NCBI GenBank assembly: GCA_026134025.1
Contig: JAOQII010000003.1
Location: 16,166 to 80,165 of the forward strand
Direction of reading: 5' to 3'
Source of the DNA: Candidatus Syntropharchaeum sp.
GTDB taxonomy: Archaea > Halobacteriota > Syntropharchaeia > Syntropharchaeales > Syntropharchaeaceae
Length of the DNA: 64,000 nt
Shown: in pieces, positions 27,905 to 38,318 of the stretch
Numbering within the stretch: the first letter of the stretch is position 1
Layout: the number at the start of each line of letters is the position of its first letter
Translations under genes and position numbers: made by a program
The notes under the pieces: generated by a model
Database searches by the model: none
What the model was told of the DNA's origin: nothing
Seen by the model: the letters and a program-made list of their open reading frames with translations, nothing else

Positions 27905-28552
27905 TTAATTGGATGATAGCTTACCAACCACCATCAGATGATCCCTATACCCAGGCGAGAGATCAAACGTCTCTTCAATCTCAAATCGCATGGAGAACTT
28001 CTCAAGCTCGGATCTGAATATATCTTCTGAGGATCTTGCGAGATCGATGCTTCTTGCTTTTATCGCGATAATAACCCACCCGCTCTTTTTGAGAAGATGA
28101 TCCGCATTCTTTATCAGTATCTCTACCTGGTTGGGCTGTGAAATATCCTGGTAGATCAGATCAACCTCTCCCACAATCCCGAGGTATCGCTCAGGGTGAT
28201 TTGCATCCTCAAAGATCGGTATCATATTATACCTCGCTTCACAGAGGCTAACAAGCTTTTCCATCGGCTTTTTTGCGAACTCAACGAGATAAAGGATACC
28301 ATCTGAGAGAATATCCGAGAGATGGCTCGCGGTTGTCCCGGTTGACGCACCGAGGTAGAGCACGCTCGAATCTGCACTCAACGGAAGCTTCAGACCTTTG
28401 AGCAGGGCAGATGCAAGCTTACTCCTTCTCGGACTCCATGATCTGTAATCTCCAAGAAGCCGCTCACCATAAACCGAGCTTCCAGGGACGAGATTTAGTG
28501 TCGCAAGCTGGCCATCGATGAATGTGATTTTTGCCCCCAGATCCATCTTCAT
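27905..28552 (-). CDS. flpA: Fibrillarin-like rRNA/tRNA 2'-O-methyltransferase
   Basis: SKLASALLKGL, VLYLGASTGTTASHLSDI (SAM-binding) motifs. Confidence 0.9.
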   Translation of the reverse strand: MKMDLGAKITFIDGQLATLNLVPGSSVYGERLLGDYRSWSPRRSKLASALLKGLKLPLSADSSVLYLGASTGTTASHLSDILSDGILYLVEFAKKPMEKLVSLCEARYNMIPIFEDANHPERYLGIVGEVDLIYQDISQPNQVEILIKNADHLLKKSGWVIIAIKARSIDLARSSEDIFRSELEKFSMRFEIEETFDLSPGYRDHLMVVGKLSSN

Positions 28553-29706
28553 CCTCTAAAACTCCCTGTGCACCATAAGAAGTAAAGACTTCCCAGACAT
28601 GAGATCGTGCCAGCCAGTATAAAGACCTGATCGAGATCCCAGGCATCCATTATAAGGCCTGAGATGATCGGGCCTGTTGCCATACCAGCACTCATCGCGC
28701 TATTGTATACCCCCATAACTGAACCCATGCCTGCATCGCGTCCCACGTCCGTCATCATCGCAAGCGAGGCTGGGACAGCAATCGCACCGAATGCACCCAT
28801 CACGATGTTTAATAGAAGAAGATGATTGAAAGTTCCAGCAAAGGGGATCAGCAATAAGGTGATTGAGGAGATGATGCTTCCTGAAAAGACGAGCCAGACC
28901 CTGTTTATTCGATCTGCAAATGCCCCGAAGTAGGGTTGAAAAATTCCTGCAAGCATGATATTCACAGAAAGAAGTATCCCAATGCCAGTAGGTGTTATCT
29001 CAAGCCCCGTGGCATAAATCGGGAGGAAAGACATTATTGCACCGATCGCAAACGAGTTGACAAACCTGAAACTGGATACACCCTTGACCACGTCATAACC
29101 AAGGATCTTTTTGAAACTATAGCCACCAGATCCACGTCTTCGTACCTCATGGTGCTCACCTGGAAAGAGCCATATAACGAGTATCAGCGTGAACGCCGAA
29201 AGTGCACCCATCGTGTAGAACGGAACAGCCATTCCGAAGTGATCAGATAGCGCACCTCCTAAAAGGACGCCGACGCCGATACCAACAGAGAGTGCCATCC
29301 CGACCTCACCAAGAACCTTGCCTTCACCCCTCTCAGGTGCGATCTCTGCAGCATAAGCGAATGCTATAGGGGTTACCATCGCAGATCCAAGCCCGCTTAT
29401 AATCCTAACCCCGGCAAGTTCATAGACGTCTGTTGAATAGACATAACCGAGCGATATTAAACTATAGAGTAGAAGCCCAAGCGTTATGAAGATCTTTCTT
29501 CCCCTTGTATCCGAGAGCTTCCCGATCAGGGGCATGAAGATCGCACGGGATATCGCAAAACCTGCATATATGAACCCTATCCAGAACCCTGTCGCACCAA
29601 GGCTGTCTGCATAGAGTGGAATGATCGGTGCAATTATTCCCACACCCACCATCACGATGAAGACAGTGAGAGCAAGAAGATGTACCATCCCGTCCTTTGA
29701 TCTCAC
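28549..29706 (-). CDS. MFS transporter
   Basis: 12 predicted TM helices; MFS motif A-like GKLSDTRGRK. Confidence 0.7.
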   Translation of the reverse strand: MRSKDGMVHLLALTVFIVMVGVGIIAPIIPLYADSLGATGFWIGFIYAGFAISRAIFMPLIGKLSDTRGRKIFITLGLLLYSLISLGYVYSTDVYELAGVRIISGLGSAMVTPIAFAYAAEIAPERGEGKVLGEVGMALSVGIGVGVLLGGALSDHFGMAVPFYTMGALSAFTLILVIWLFPGEHHEVRRRGSGGYSFKKILGYDVVKGVSSFRFVNSFAIGAIMSFLPIYATGLEITPTGIGILLSVNIMLAGIFQPYFGAFADRINRVWLVFSGSIISSITLLLIPFAGTFNHLLLLNIVMGAFGAIAVPASLAMMTDVGRDAGMGSVMGVYNSAMSAGMATGPIISGLIMDAWDLDQVFILAGTISCLGSLYFLWCTGSFRG

Positions 29707-29707
29707 C

Positions 29708-31120
29708 TTAGAACGTCCTCGCGAGATAACTCACCCTGGAATTACCTTTTGAACAGACTATACACGATCCATGATCATCAGTTTCTTCGCTTATTCCGAG
29801 AAGGCTCAGATCAAGCTGATCCTCGATTCTCTGGCCACAGTCAGGATTCCCACACCAGTAGATCCTTGCAACACCGCTCTTTGTCGCATCTTTTATCTCA
29901 TCAAACGTTCTACAATCCTTGATTTTTGATTTGAATGCCTCCTCGGCGTTTTTCTGGATGTTTGCGTGAATATCTTCAAACGTCGTTTTAATGCGATCAA
30001 AGATCTCATCGAACCTGACCTTAGATTTTGGATTGCCATCTCTTCTTGCAAGTGTGTACACACCTTCATCAAGGTCTTTTGGCCCAATTTCAACCCTGAG
30101 AGGCACTCCTTTCTGCTCCCATCGGTAATATTTTGCCCCAGGTCGCTCGTCACGATCATCGAGTACGACCCGTACCCCTTCCTCCTTCAAACGCAGAAGA
30201 AGTGATCCCGCAGCATCGAGGATCTCAGCTTTTCGCTCATCTGAGAATACGATCGGGACGATCACGACCTGGTAAGGTGCAACCTCAGGCGGAAGAACAA
30301 GCCCCTTTTTATCACCGTGTACCGAGATGAGGGCAGCTATGCACCGTTCCGAGATCCCGTAACAGGTCTGATTGGCGTATTGCTGCTCCCCTTCAGCGTC
30401 TTCATAACGGATATCGAAGGTGCGGGCAAAATTATCCCCAAGGTTATGGATCGTCCCGATCTGGAGCGTCCTACCATCAGGCATGATCGTATCAAATGCG
30501 ATCGTGTACGCTGCCCCCGGGAACTTGTCCCACTCAGGCCGTCGGGTTATAAGATGCGGGATTGCAAGCTGGGTGAAAAAGTCCTTGTAGAGTTTGACCG
30601 CGTCTTTTACCTGATTCTCGGCATCATCCCAGGTTGTGTGTGCTGTATGAGCCTCTTTAAACGATGTAATCTCTCTGAGGCGGATGAGTGGGCGTGTGTG
30701 TTTTGTCTCATGGCGGAAGGTGTTTACGATCTGGTAGACCTTTATCGGCAGATCTCGGTGAGAACGAATCCAGAGCTTGAAGATCGGGTATATCGCGGTC
30801 TCAGAGGTCGGCCTGAGGACAAGTGGTACATCAAGTTCGTTTTGACCGCCTCTTGTAACCCAGTAGACCTCATTCTCAAAGCCTTTTATGTGTTCTGCCT
30901 CCTTCATAAACTCCTGTTCAGGTACGAGCAGTGGGAAGAGAACCTCCTCGTGATCTCGATCAAGCAACGATCGTAGAAGATCATAGACGTACCTTCGCAT
31001 CGCAAAACCGAATGGAAACCAGACATAAAGCCCTTTCACCGGGTATCTGACATCCATGATCTCGGCTGTCTGGAGTATCTCGTTGTACCATTCACTGAAG
31101 TTCTCTTCCTTCCCTGGCAT
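29708..31120 (-). CDS. proS: Prolyl-tRNA synthetase (archaeal/eukaryotic type)
   Basis: Class II motifs; N-terminus [14 protein letters not shown]; C-terminal Zn-binding CGNPDC...C with the conserved terminal Tyr region. Confidence 0.9.
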   Translation of the reverse strand: MPGKEENFSEWYNEILQTAEIMDVRYPVKGLYVWFPFGFAMRRYVYDLLRSLLDRDHEEVLFPLLVPEQEFMKEAEHIKGFENEVYWVTRGGQNELDVPLVLRPTSETAIYPIFKLWIRSHRDLPIKVYQIVNTFRHETKHTRPLIRLREITSFKEAHTAHTTWDDAENQVKDAVKLYKDFFTQLAIPHLITRRPEWDKFPGAAYTIAFDTIMPDGRTLQIGTIHNLGDNFARTFDIRYEDAEGEQQYANQTCYGISERCIAALISVHGDKKGLVLPPEVAPYQVVIVPIVFSDERKAEILDAAGSLLLRLKEEGVRVVLDDRDERPGAKYYRWEQKGVPLRVEIGPKDLDEGVYTLARRDGNPKSKVRFDEIFDRIKTTFEDIHANIQKNAEEAFKSKIKDCRTFDEIKDATKSGVARIYWCGNPDCGQRIEDQLDLSLLGISEETDDHGSCIVCSKGNSRVSYLARTF

Positions 31121-31155
31121 GATTCTTTATATGTTACAAAGGATTATAAAGGATT

Positions 31156-31428
31156 TTGATTGAGATAGATACAATGAAGGAAGAAAAAGAAGATATGGCA
31201 GAAGATCTCACGTTTGAGGAGGCTATGAAACAGCTTGAGGAGATCGCAAAGCTTCTTGAGGATGGAGATCTACCATTGGAGGAGTCCCTGAAAGTCTTTG
31301 AGGAAGGTGTCAGGCTATCAAAGATCTGCAACCTGAAGCTTGATGTAATCGAGAAACGGCTTGAAGTTCTGGTGCGGGGGAAGGATGGAGAGCTTGAAGA
31401 GCGGGAGATGACACTTGATGAAGAATAA
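31156..31428 (+). CDS. xseB: Exodeoxyribonuclease VII small subunit
   Basis: LTFEEAMKQLEEIAKLLEDGDLPLEESLKVFEEGVRLSKIC matches the XseB helical hairpin consensus. Confidence 0.75.
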   Translation: MIEIDTMKEEKEDMAEDLTFEEAMKQLEEIAKLLEDGDLPLEESLKVFEEGVRLSKICNLKLDVIEKRLEVLVRGKDGELEEREMTLDEE

Positions 31429-31798
31429 GCTTGATCGGGTCATTATACCACTTGCAGCCTCGATAGGACTCGCAGTTATTATCGTCATGATAGCATTCGG
31501 AATAAATGAGATCGCCGTAGATGGATTGCCCATTCCACGACACTACCTTCTTCTGATACTGGCACTCACATTTGTCACAGGCTCCGTGATACTGAACCAG
31601 GAGGACGATCTCAAAACGATCACAAGAGGGGGGATTTTCGCAATCCTCGCATCTTTCGTCGTTGTGACACTGATCGGAGGGGTTGTAAGCTTTTTTGAAG
31701 AGGTGCCCACATTCAGCCTGTTTCTCTCCTCCCTATCGATCTGCATAATCGTATCAGCGATAATGCTAAAGGTTTTTTTTGGTCTTACTTCCGCCTGA
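31415..31798 (+). CDS. Small integral membrane protein (3-4 TM)
   Basis: Hydrophobic helices; overlaps the xseB end. Confidence 0.45.
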   Translation: MMKNKLDRVIIPLAASIGLAVIIVMIAFGINEIAVDGLPIPRHYLLLILALTFVTGSVILNQEDDLKTITRGGIFAILASFVVVTLIGGVVSFFEEVPTFSLFLSSLSICIIVSAIMLKVFFGLTSA

Positions 31799-32258
31799 GG
31801 TTAACGATATCTCCGAGTGTCAGTGTTCCCCCACTTTTTATTCTGCCAGGATTCGCCTCTTCGATACCTTCAGTTAGTTTGATCGAAAGCACAGACTCGA
31901 GCTTCTTTACGAGCGCATCATCGGGCGTTATATCTTCCCGCTCAACCTTCTTTATGAGTGATTCTTTCTCGTTGATACGTTTTGCCAGATCCTCGGATGA
32001 CCACTGTCGTTTCTGTCTCGCCTCCCTGATCTTTGCGCCATAGTTAGAAATAAGCTCATCCACGATATTATCGAAGATACTGCGTTTGGGCCTCCTTCTC
32101 TCCCTTAAACCAGGCGGGGAGACCCTTCCTTTATCCATGTTATCCTCAATCTCTTTCCCGTATCGCAGGCACGTGCCACATACGATAAGCTCAGACCCCT
32201 CTATCAGGATACGGTTGGGCTTTCCGATGATCTCGGATCCACACATCTCACATTGCAT
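31785..32258 (-). CDS. mbf1: Archaeal multiprotein bridging factor 1 (Zn-ribbon plus Cro/C1 HTH)
   Basis: N-terminal CEMCGS...CGTC zinc ribbon; C-terminal HTH (RQKRQWSSEDLAKRINEKESLIKKVE). Confidence 0.8.
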   Translation of the reverse strand: MQCEMCGSEIIGKPNRILIEGSELIVCGTCLRYGKEIEDNMDKGRVSPPGLRERRRPKRSIFDNIVDELISNYGAKIREARQKRQWSSEDLAKRINEKESLIKKVEREDITPDDALVKKLESVLSIKLTEGIEEANPGRIKSGGTLTLGDIVNLRRK

Positions 32259-32351
32259 ATCATCAACCTGTTATCAACCTCTTCTCGCAACTGTTTAACT
32301 TTGCTCACCCAATGCTAAAAAAGTTATTTATATTTTCGGATCTAATATATA

Positions 32352-33182
32352 TTGATGTTAGGGGGGGATGATGCGTACTTTGAGGATTTGAAGACAAAGG
32401 TTAAGAGGGACGTCACATTCGATTGTAGCCAGTACAAAGATTCATTTCTTAAACGACGATTCGCGATACGGATGCGAGCAACGCGGGTAACGACCTTCAG
32501 AGACTACATAAAACTCCTCGATTCTGATCAGCAGGAATATGAGAAATTGCTGGATACGCTCACCGTCAACGTCACGGAGTTTATGAGAGATCCCCCGGTC
32601 TATGAGGCATTTACTGCTGTTCTAAGAGATCTGGTAGCTGCAAAGGTTAAGAGAGGAGATAAAACGCTGAGGATCTGGAGTGCAGGGTGTTCAAGCGGCG
32701 AAGAAGCATACTCGCTCGCCATTCTTCTTAGAAAGACACTGGGGGTCATGCACCGTGATCTAAGCACCCAGATCATCGCGTCAGATATTGATCCTGGCTC
32801 GTTGAATAAGGCGCGAGAGGGGGTGTATAAGAAAGATGCGCTTAAGAACATGATGGATAAGGAGATTCAGATTTACTTTACCAGGGAAAAAGATCTTTAC
32901 CGAGTAAACGACGATTTAAAGCGGATGATTCGATTCAAAAAGCACGATCTGATCCGCGAAAAAGAGATCGGTTATTGTGATGTGATCTTCTGTAGAAACG
33001 TCATAATTTACTTCTCAAGGGAACAGCAGAAGGATCTCTACATGAAGTTCTACAGAGGACTCAAGGATTATGGGTACCTTGTAACAGGTAAGAGCGAGAC
33101 ACTCGTTGGTAAAGCAGCGAATCTATTTAAAACGATCAACCATAGGGAGAAGATCTATCAGAAGATACCAAGAGCGACTTGA
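32352..33182 (+). CDS. cheR: Chemotaxis protein methyltransferase CheR
   Basis: FMRDPPVYEAF and SAM-binding IWSAGCSSGEEAYSLAILL motifs; the start is possibly upstream at a non-ATG codon. Confidence 0.8.
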   Translation: MMLGGDDAYFEDLKTKVKRDVTFDCSQYKDSFLKRRFAIRMRATRVTTFRDYIKLLDSDQQEYEKLLDTLTVNVTEFMRDPPVYEAFTAVLRDLVAAKVKRGDKTLRIWSAGCSSGEEAYSLAILLRKTLGVMHRDLSTQIIASDIDPGSLNKAREGVYKKDALKNMMDKEIQIYFTREKDLYRVNDDLKRMIRFKKHDLIREKEIGYCDVIFCRNVIIYFSREQQKDLYMKFYRGLKDYGYLVTGKSETLVGKAANLFKTINHREKIYQKIPRAT

Positions 33183-33618
33183 TCCAGTCGATAAGTTCCT
33201 CGAAGTTTCCGTCATACCTGAACGCGTCATCCACGTTTAAATCACCAACCACTATCTTAGGAATCCTCCTTTCTTTCTTTTTTCCTTCAAGAAGGATGAG
33301 ATCTGGCTCTATAACCTCATTCAGGATCTCAAGAACGCGCTCAAGTTTCATCCCACGTTTAAGGATGAGCGCGGTCTCGTTTTCTGATAGTGCGACAACA
33401 GCATCTGCACCAGCATCACCATGTTTCCAGGTATCTTTGCCTTTTTTGTCGATTGAAAACTCTCTTGGGATACTTTTTATTGTTGCAACTTTGTATCCAT
33501 CTTTTTTCAGCCGTTTAATAACCTCAACGATGAGTGTGGTCTTACCGCTGTTATGAGAGCCGCAAACACCGATTACATTCTGAATCTCCATGAGTATAGT
33601 GATAGTGATCCCCTTCAT
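33136..33618 (-). CDS. mobB: Molybdopterin-guanine dinucleotide biosynthesis adapter MobB
   Basis: P-loop GVCGSHNSGKTTL; about 160 aa. Confidence 0.8.
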   Translation of the reverse strand: MKGITITILMEIQNVIGVCGSHNSGKTTLIVEVIKRLKKDGYKVATIKSIPREFSIDKKGKDTWKHGDAGADAVVALSENETALILKRGMKLERVLEILNEVIEPDLILLEGKKKERRIPKIVVGDLNVDDAFRYDGNFEELIDWIKSLLVSSDRSSPYG

Positions 33619-33672
33619 AAGTTATTTCTTAGATGAAAAAACTTTTATAAACCGCTGACAGAGATAATAATC

Positions 33673-34950
33673 ATGGGGACAACAGGGGCATCTCCAAAAA
33701 CAGGTAAGGATGGAGCGGATGATCTCGATCTTAAAAAAATTGATAAAGATCCCGATGAGTTCTCCCAGTACCTGCTCGATCGAATGCACCAGCTCGAGGA
33801 GCACAACATAAAGTTGAAAGAGGAGACTCGAAAGGTAGAGTCAGAGAAGAAGTTTGCCGAGAGCCAGAAGGTGAAATATGAACGTGAGGTGAGGCGACTT
33901 AGAAGCGAGATTGAACGCATGAAAGCCCCACCTCTTCTCGTAGGGACCGTTATTGAAACGCTTGACGACGATAGGGTCCTGATCAAGAGCAGTGCAGGAC
34001 CGAACTTTGTTGTAAATGTTAGCACATTCATTGGTGAGGGCGAGATTTATCCCGGCTCTCAGGTTGCTCTGAATCAGCAATCGTTGGCGGTTGTGAAGGT
34101 ACTTCCATCACCGAAAGATCCGCTCGTTCATGGGATGGAGATAATTGATACCCCAACGATCAGTTATGAGGATATCGGGGGACTGGAAGTCCAGATAGAA
34201 GAGCTTAGAGAGACGGTTGAGCTTCCACTTACCGATCCAGAGCGATTTGAACGGATTGGTGTTGAACCGCCAAAAGGGGTTCTTCTCATAGGGCCGCCTG
34301 GAACAGGTAAGACGATGCTCGCCAAGGCTGTTGCAAAGGAGACGAACGCTACCTTTATCAGGATCGTGGGATCTGAACTTGTACAGAAGTACATTGGGGA
34401 AGGAGCGCGTCTTGTGCGTGAGATATTCTTGCTCGCAAAAGAAAAAGCCCCAAGTATAATCTTCATCGATGAACTCGATGCGGTCGGTGCAAGGAGGATC
34501 GATACTGGAACCTCTGGAGACAGAGAGGTTCAGAGAACGTTGATGCAGCTTCTCGCCGAGATGGATGGGTTCAACCCAAGAGGCGATGTCAAGTTGATGG
34601 CAGCCACAAACAGGCATGATATACTTGACCCAGCACTTCTTCGACCTGGTAGGTTTGATCGGATCGTTACAGTTCCTCTCCCGACTTATGAGGCCAGGAT
34701 TGAGATCTTAAAGATCCATTCAAAGAAGATGAAGATCGCAGATGATATCAGCTTTGATCAACTGGCAGCGCTCACATCAGATGCCACAGGTGCAGATCTG
34801 AAGGCGATCGTGATGGAAGCAGGAATGTTTGCGGTCAAGAACGACCGTGCAATGGTTGAGTGGAGTGATTTCGAGCGTGCGGTTGAGAAGGTCATGACCT
34901 CTACGAAACCATCAATAGAATCAGAGGTCTCCAGTGTGATGTTTGCCTGA
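33673..34950 (+). CDS. pan: Proteasome-activating nucleotidase PAN
   Basis: N-terminal coiled coil, OB domain, AAA module GPPGTGKT, C-terminal HbYX-like end. Confidence 0.9.
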   Translation: MGTTGASPKTGKDGADDLDLKKIDKDPDEFSQYLLDRMHQLEEHNIKLKEETRKVESEKKFAESQKVKYEREVRRLRSEIERMKAPPLLVGTVIETLDDDRVLIKSSAGPNFVVNVSTFIGEGEIYPGSQVALNQQSLAVVKVLPSPKDPLVHGMEIIDTPTISYEDIGGLEVQIEELRETVELPLTDPERFERIGVEPPKGVLLIGPPGTGKTMLAKAVAKETNATFIRIVGSELVQKYIGEGARLVREIFLLAKEKAPSIIFIDELDAVGARRIDTGTSGDREVQRTLMQLLAEMDGFNPRGDVKLMAATNRHDILDPALLRPGRFDRIVTVPLPTYEARIEILKIHSKKMKIADDISFDQLAALTSDATGADLKAIVMEAGMFAVKNDRAMVEWSDFERAVEKVMTSTKPSIESEVSSVMFA

Positions 34951-34965
34951 ACTGGACTGTCCAAG

Positions 34966-36870
34966 ATGGATTCAGATCTTGATTACGAAAAACTTGGGTT
35001 TATGGCAGGATTGGAGATACATCAGCAGCTTGATACACGTTGTAAACTCTTCTGCCACTGCCCCACAAGTTTAAGAGATGTTGAATCGTCCAATTTTGAA
35101 TTTTTCAGGTTCCTGAGACCCTCAAAGAGCGAGATCGGTACAGTGGATCGTGCAGCAGAGGAGGAATCGACATACAATCGGATTTTTGTTTACAAAGCCT
35201 ACGATACGACGTGTCTTGTTGAAAACGACGAAGAGCCTCCGAGAAAGCTCAATTCAGAAGCTTTACGGGTCGCACTCATGATCGGATTGATGTTGAAGAC
35301 AGATCTTGTGGATGAAGTTCATACGATGCGGAAGATCGTGATCGATGGTTCGAACACAACAGGCTTCCAGAGGACCGCACTCATAGGACTTGATGGAATG
35401 ATCGAGGTCAAGGGCGGCGATGTCGGTGTGAGTGTTCTCTGCCTTGAGGAGGAGGCATGCCAGAAGGTTGGAGAAGATGGCAGCAAGACAATCTACTCGC
35501 TCGATAGGCTTGGGATACCGCTTCTCGAGATCGGAACAGATCCAGATATAAAGAGTCCCGAACATGCAAGAAAGGTTGCAGAAGAGATCGGAATGATCCT
35601 GAGATCCACGGGAATGGTCAAGCGGGGGATTGGAACGATCAGGCAGGATATAAACGTCTCAATCGCCGAGGGGGCAAGGGTTGAGATCAAAGGTGTACAG
35701 GAGCTAAAGTCAATCGAGGGAATCGTTAAAAACGAGGTTTTAAGGCAGGTGAACCTGCTAAAGCTCAGGGACGATCTTAAAATGCGGGGTGCTTCTGTAA
35801 ATGATGAGATCTTTGATGTGACACAGGTCTTCGAAGGTACGGGATCAAAGATTATAAAGCAGGGACTTAAATCGCGTGACGGTGCTGTTCTTGCGATATG
35901 TCTTCAAGGTTTTGCGGATCTTCTTGGGCGTGAGATACAGCAAGATAGAAGGCTTGGAAGTGAGTTCTCAGATCGAGCTCAACGCTTCGGGCTTGGAGGG
36001 ATCTTCCACACAGACGAGATGCCCGCCTATGGGATCAGTGAGGCTGAGGTCAGCGAACTCAAGAGAGAGGTTGGAGCATCACGTGAGGATGCAGTTGTAT
36101 TTGTTGCAGGTGAACGAGAGATCCTGAAGCGGGCACTTGAGGCGGTAATCCATCGAGCAAAGGAGGCGCTTGTTGGCGTTCCAGAAGAGACCCGTCGAGT
36201 GCTTCCTGGTGGTAGTACTACAGCCTATCTGAGGCCACTTCCTGGGGCGGATCGGATGTATCCTGAGACAGATATTCCACCTGTTGTGATAGGTGAGGAG
36301 CTTCTAAAGGGTATCGAGATCCCTGAGCTTATAACCGATAAGAAAAATCGCTATCTTACCGAGTATGGGTTAAATGAGGAGATCGCAGCCGAGATTGCAA
36401 GATCGCCTTTTGCAAATCTATTTGAGGAAGTTTTGAGGATTACAAATTTATCTGCGCCTCTGATCGCAACCACGTTGACCTCAACGCTCGTTGAGATCAG
36501 AAGAGAAGGCGTTGATCCGGGTAATATTCGGGATGAGGACTTTATTACTGTATTCAAACTTTTAGATAGTGGTAAGTTTGCAAAAGAGGCTATTGGACCG
36601 ATATTAAAGGAAGTTGCATCCAATCCTGGGATTGAGATCACGTCAGCCGTTGAGAAAATTGGTCTTGGTGCGGTCGATGAAATTGAGATTGAGGGAATCA
36701 TCAATGAGATCGTAGAATCCAGGAGAGCGTTTGTGCTTGAGAAAGGCGAGCGTGCTGTTGGGCCGCTCATGGGTCCGGTGATGGAGCGTCTTCGTGGTAA
36801 GATCGATGGAAAGCGGGTTAATGAGATCCTGCGGGCGAAGATCGGTGAGGTGCTTGAATCTGGTCGCTGA
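34966..36870 (+). CDS. gatE: Glutamyl-tRNA(Gln) amidotransferase subunit E
   Basis: N-terminus GLEIHQQLDT...KLFCHCP characteristic of archaeal GatE; 634 aa. Confidence 0.9.
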   Translation: MDSDLDYEKLGFMAGLEIHQQLDTRCKLFCHCPTSLRDVESSNFEFFRFLRPSKSEIGTVDRAAEEESTYNRIFVYKAYDTTCLVENDEEPPRKLNSEALRVALMIGLMLKTDLVDEVHTMRKIVIDGSNTTGFQRTALIGLDGMIEVKGGDVGVSVLCLEEEACQKVGEDGSKTIYSLDRLGIPLLEIGTDPDIKSPEHARKVAEEIGMILRSTGMVKRGIGTIRQDINVSIAEGARVEIKGVQELKSIEGIVKNEVLRQVNLLKLRDDLKMRGASVNDEIFDVTQVFEGTGSKIIKQGLKSRDGAVLAICLQGFADLLGREIQQDRRLGSEFSDRAQRFGLGGIFHTDEMPAYGISEAEVSELKREVGASREDAVVFVAGEREILKRALEAVIHRAKEALVGVPEETRRVLPGGSTTAYLRPLPGADRMYPETDIPPVVIGEELLKGIEIPELITDKKNRYLTEYGLNEEIAAEIARSPFANLFEEVLRITNLSAPLIATTLTSTLVEIRREGVDPGNIRDEDFITVFKLLDSGKFAKEAIGPILKEVASNPGIEITSAVEKIGLGAVDEIEIEGIINEIVESRRAFVLEKGERAVGPLMGPVMERLRGKIDGKRVNEILRAKIGEVLESGR

Positions 36871-36892
36871 TTCTTCTATCTATTTAGTCTCC

Positions 36893-37483
36893 TTATTTGC
36901 CCATCAGTATCCGTCTCGAATCGATGACAAGCGAGATTATAAGAAATATAAGTATGAAACCCCTCAGATACTGCCTGAGATCGGGATCAAGCTCGAGCAG
37001 CGTATGTGGCAGGACCCCGATCTTCGGGATCATTAGGGGATGTCCAAAAAATTCCGGTACAACTCCGTAGATATCCTCACATTTTACGATATCCATCCCG
37101 AGTTCCTGATCAGGTCTTTCGATATTATCTCCTTTTGTAATATACCCATCATTTTCTCCTAAAACATCAAATACTCGATGCATCACCATGTATTCTGTTT
37201 TATCGCTCTTAAAAACGATGATTTCACCAACATCTGGCTCACCCATAAGATCGGGTAAATACGGAATAACCACCACGATGTCTTTTTCGGTTATCAATGG
37301 CTCCATAGAGGTTCCGTGTATTGCATCAAGCCCCCATGGGACGCCAAATGCATGTGAAGCCACCGAAAGGATTGCGAAGATCGTGACGATCCACGAAATC
37401 ACGTATATTGTTCTCACCTTCTCACCACCTCTATACCACCAGATCGTACTATCTATGCACAACATTTTAAGTTTGATCCACAC
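36893..37483 (-). CDS. Signal peptidase I (archaeal Sec11/S26 type)
   Basis: N-terminal TM anchor; catalytic Ser box GTSMEP; His box VMHRV. Confidence 0.7.
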   Translation of the reverse strand: MWIKLKMLCIDSTIWWYRGGEKVRTIYVISWIVTIFAILSVASHAFGVPWGLDAIHGTSMEPLITEKDIVVVIPYLPDLMGEPDVGEIIVFKSDKTEYMVMHRVFDVLGENDGYITKGDNIERPDQELGMDIVKCEDIYGVVPEFFGHPLMIPKIGVLPHTLLELDPDLRQYLRGFILIFLIISLVIDSRRILMGK

Positions 37484-37522
37484 AGAAAACTGGTAATGTG
37501 CTCAAATATTTAAAGCTCCGAT

Positions 37523-38317
37523 TCAATCTACCTCGGTATGCTTGAAGAGGTATGAGCCGAATGCAAGCATTATGAGGGAGCTTACAATGAGTGCAAGAAG
37601 ATCAATAAATATCGAAAGCTCCGATTCTCCAATGAGGCATCCTCTAAGGCCATCAACACCATACGTGAGAGGATCAAGAAACGCGAGAAACCTGACAGAA
37701 GATGGCAGGTTATCTATCGGAAAGAGGGCGCCAGATAGGAAGAATAATGGAAATATTACGAAGTTCATGACGAGGGAGTAGCCTTCCATATCTTCCATGA
37801 GGGATGCGAATGATACGCCCAGCGAGATGAATGTTGTCGCGATAAGCACCATCAAAATGAATGCTAAAATCACGCCAGAAACCATGCCTTTGACGCTCGA
37901 ATCGCCATAGATGCCACGAAGGTTGAAACCTATCACAACCGCTGCAAAGAGAATAATCAGTGCCTCCATGATCGCTGTCGTTGCTCCCCCTGCGATTCGT
38001 CCAAGCAGGATCGAGATACGGCTGACAGGCGTTACCATGATCTCCTTCAAGAAGCCAAACTCCTTATCCCATAGAACCGAGATTCCGGTGAAGGTCGATG
38101 AGAATAGAAGTGTCATACCAATGATCCCCGGGGTTAGAAAACTTGTATAGTCAATACTGGTCGTAGAAAAGCTTGTATTACGAAATCCAACGCTCAAAAA
38201 TGCGAGAAAGAAAAAGGGCATACCCAGAGCTCCGATGACACGGCTCTTCATCCTGAGGAATCTCAGCATCTCTCTGAGCCAGAGCGTGTAGATCGCCTGT
38301 GGATTGATTAGATTCAT
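37523..38317 (-). CDS. ABC-2 type transporter permease
   Basis: 6 TM helices; adjacent (1-nt gap) to the ABC ATPase. Confidence 0.75.
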   Translation of the reverse strand: MNLINPQAIYTLWLREMLRFLRMKSRVIGALGMPFFFLAFLSVGFRNTSFSTTSIDYTSFLTPGIIGMTLLFSSTFTGISVLWDKEFGFLKEIMVTPVSRISILLGRIAGGATTAIMEALIILFAAVVIGFNLRGIYGDSSVKGMVSGVILAFILMVLIATTFISLGVSFASLMEDMEGYSLVMNFVIFPLFFLSGALFPIDNLPSSVRFLAFLDPLTYGVDGLRGCLIGESELSIFIDLLALIVSSLIMLAFGSYLFKHTEVD

Positions 38318-38318
38318 C

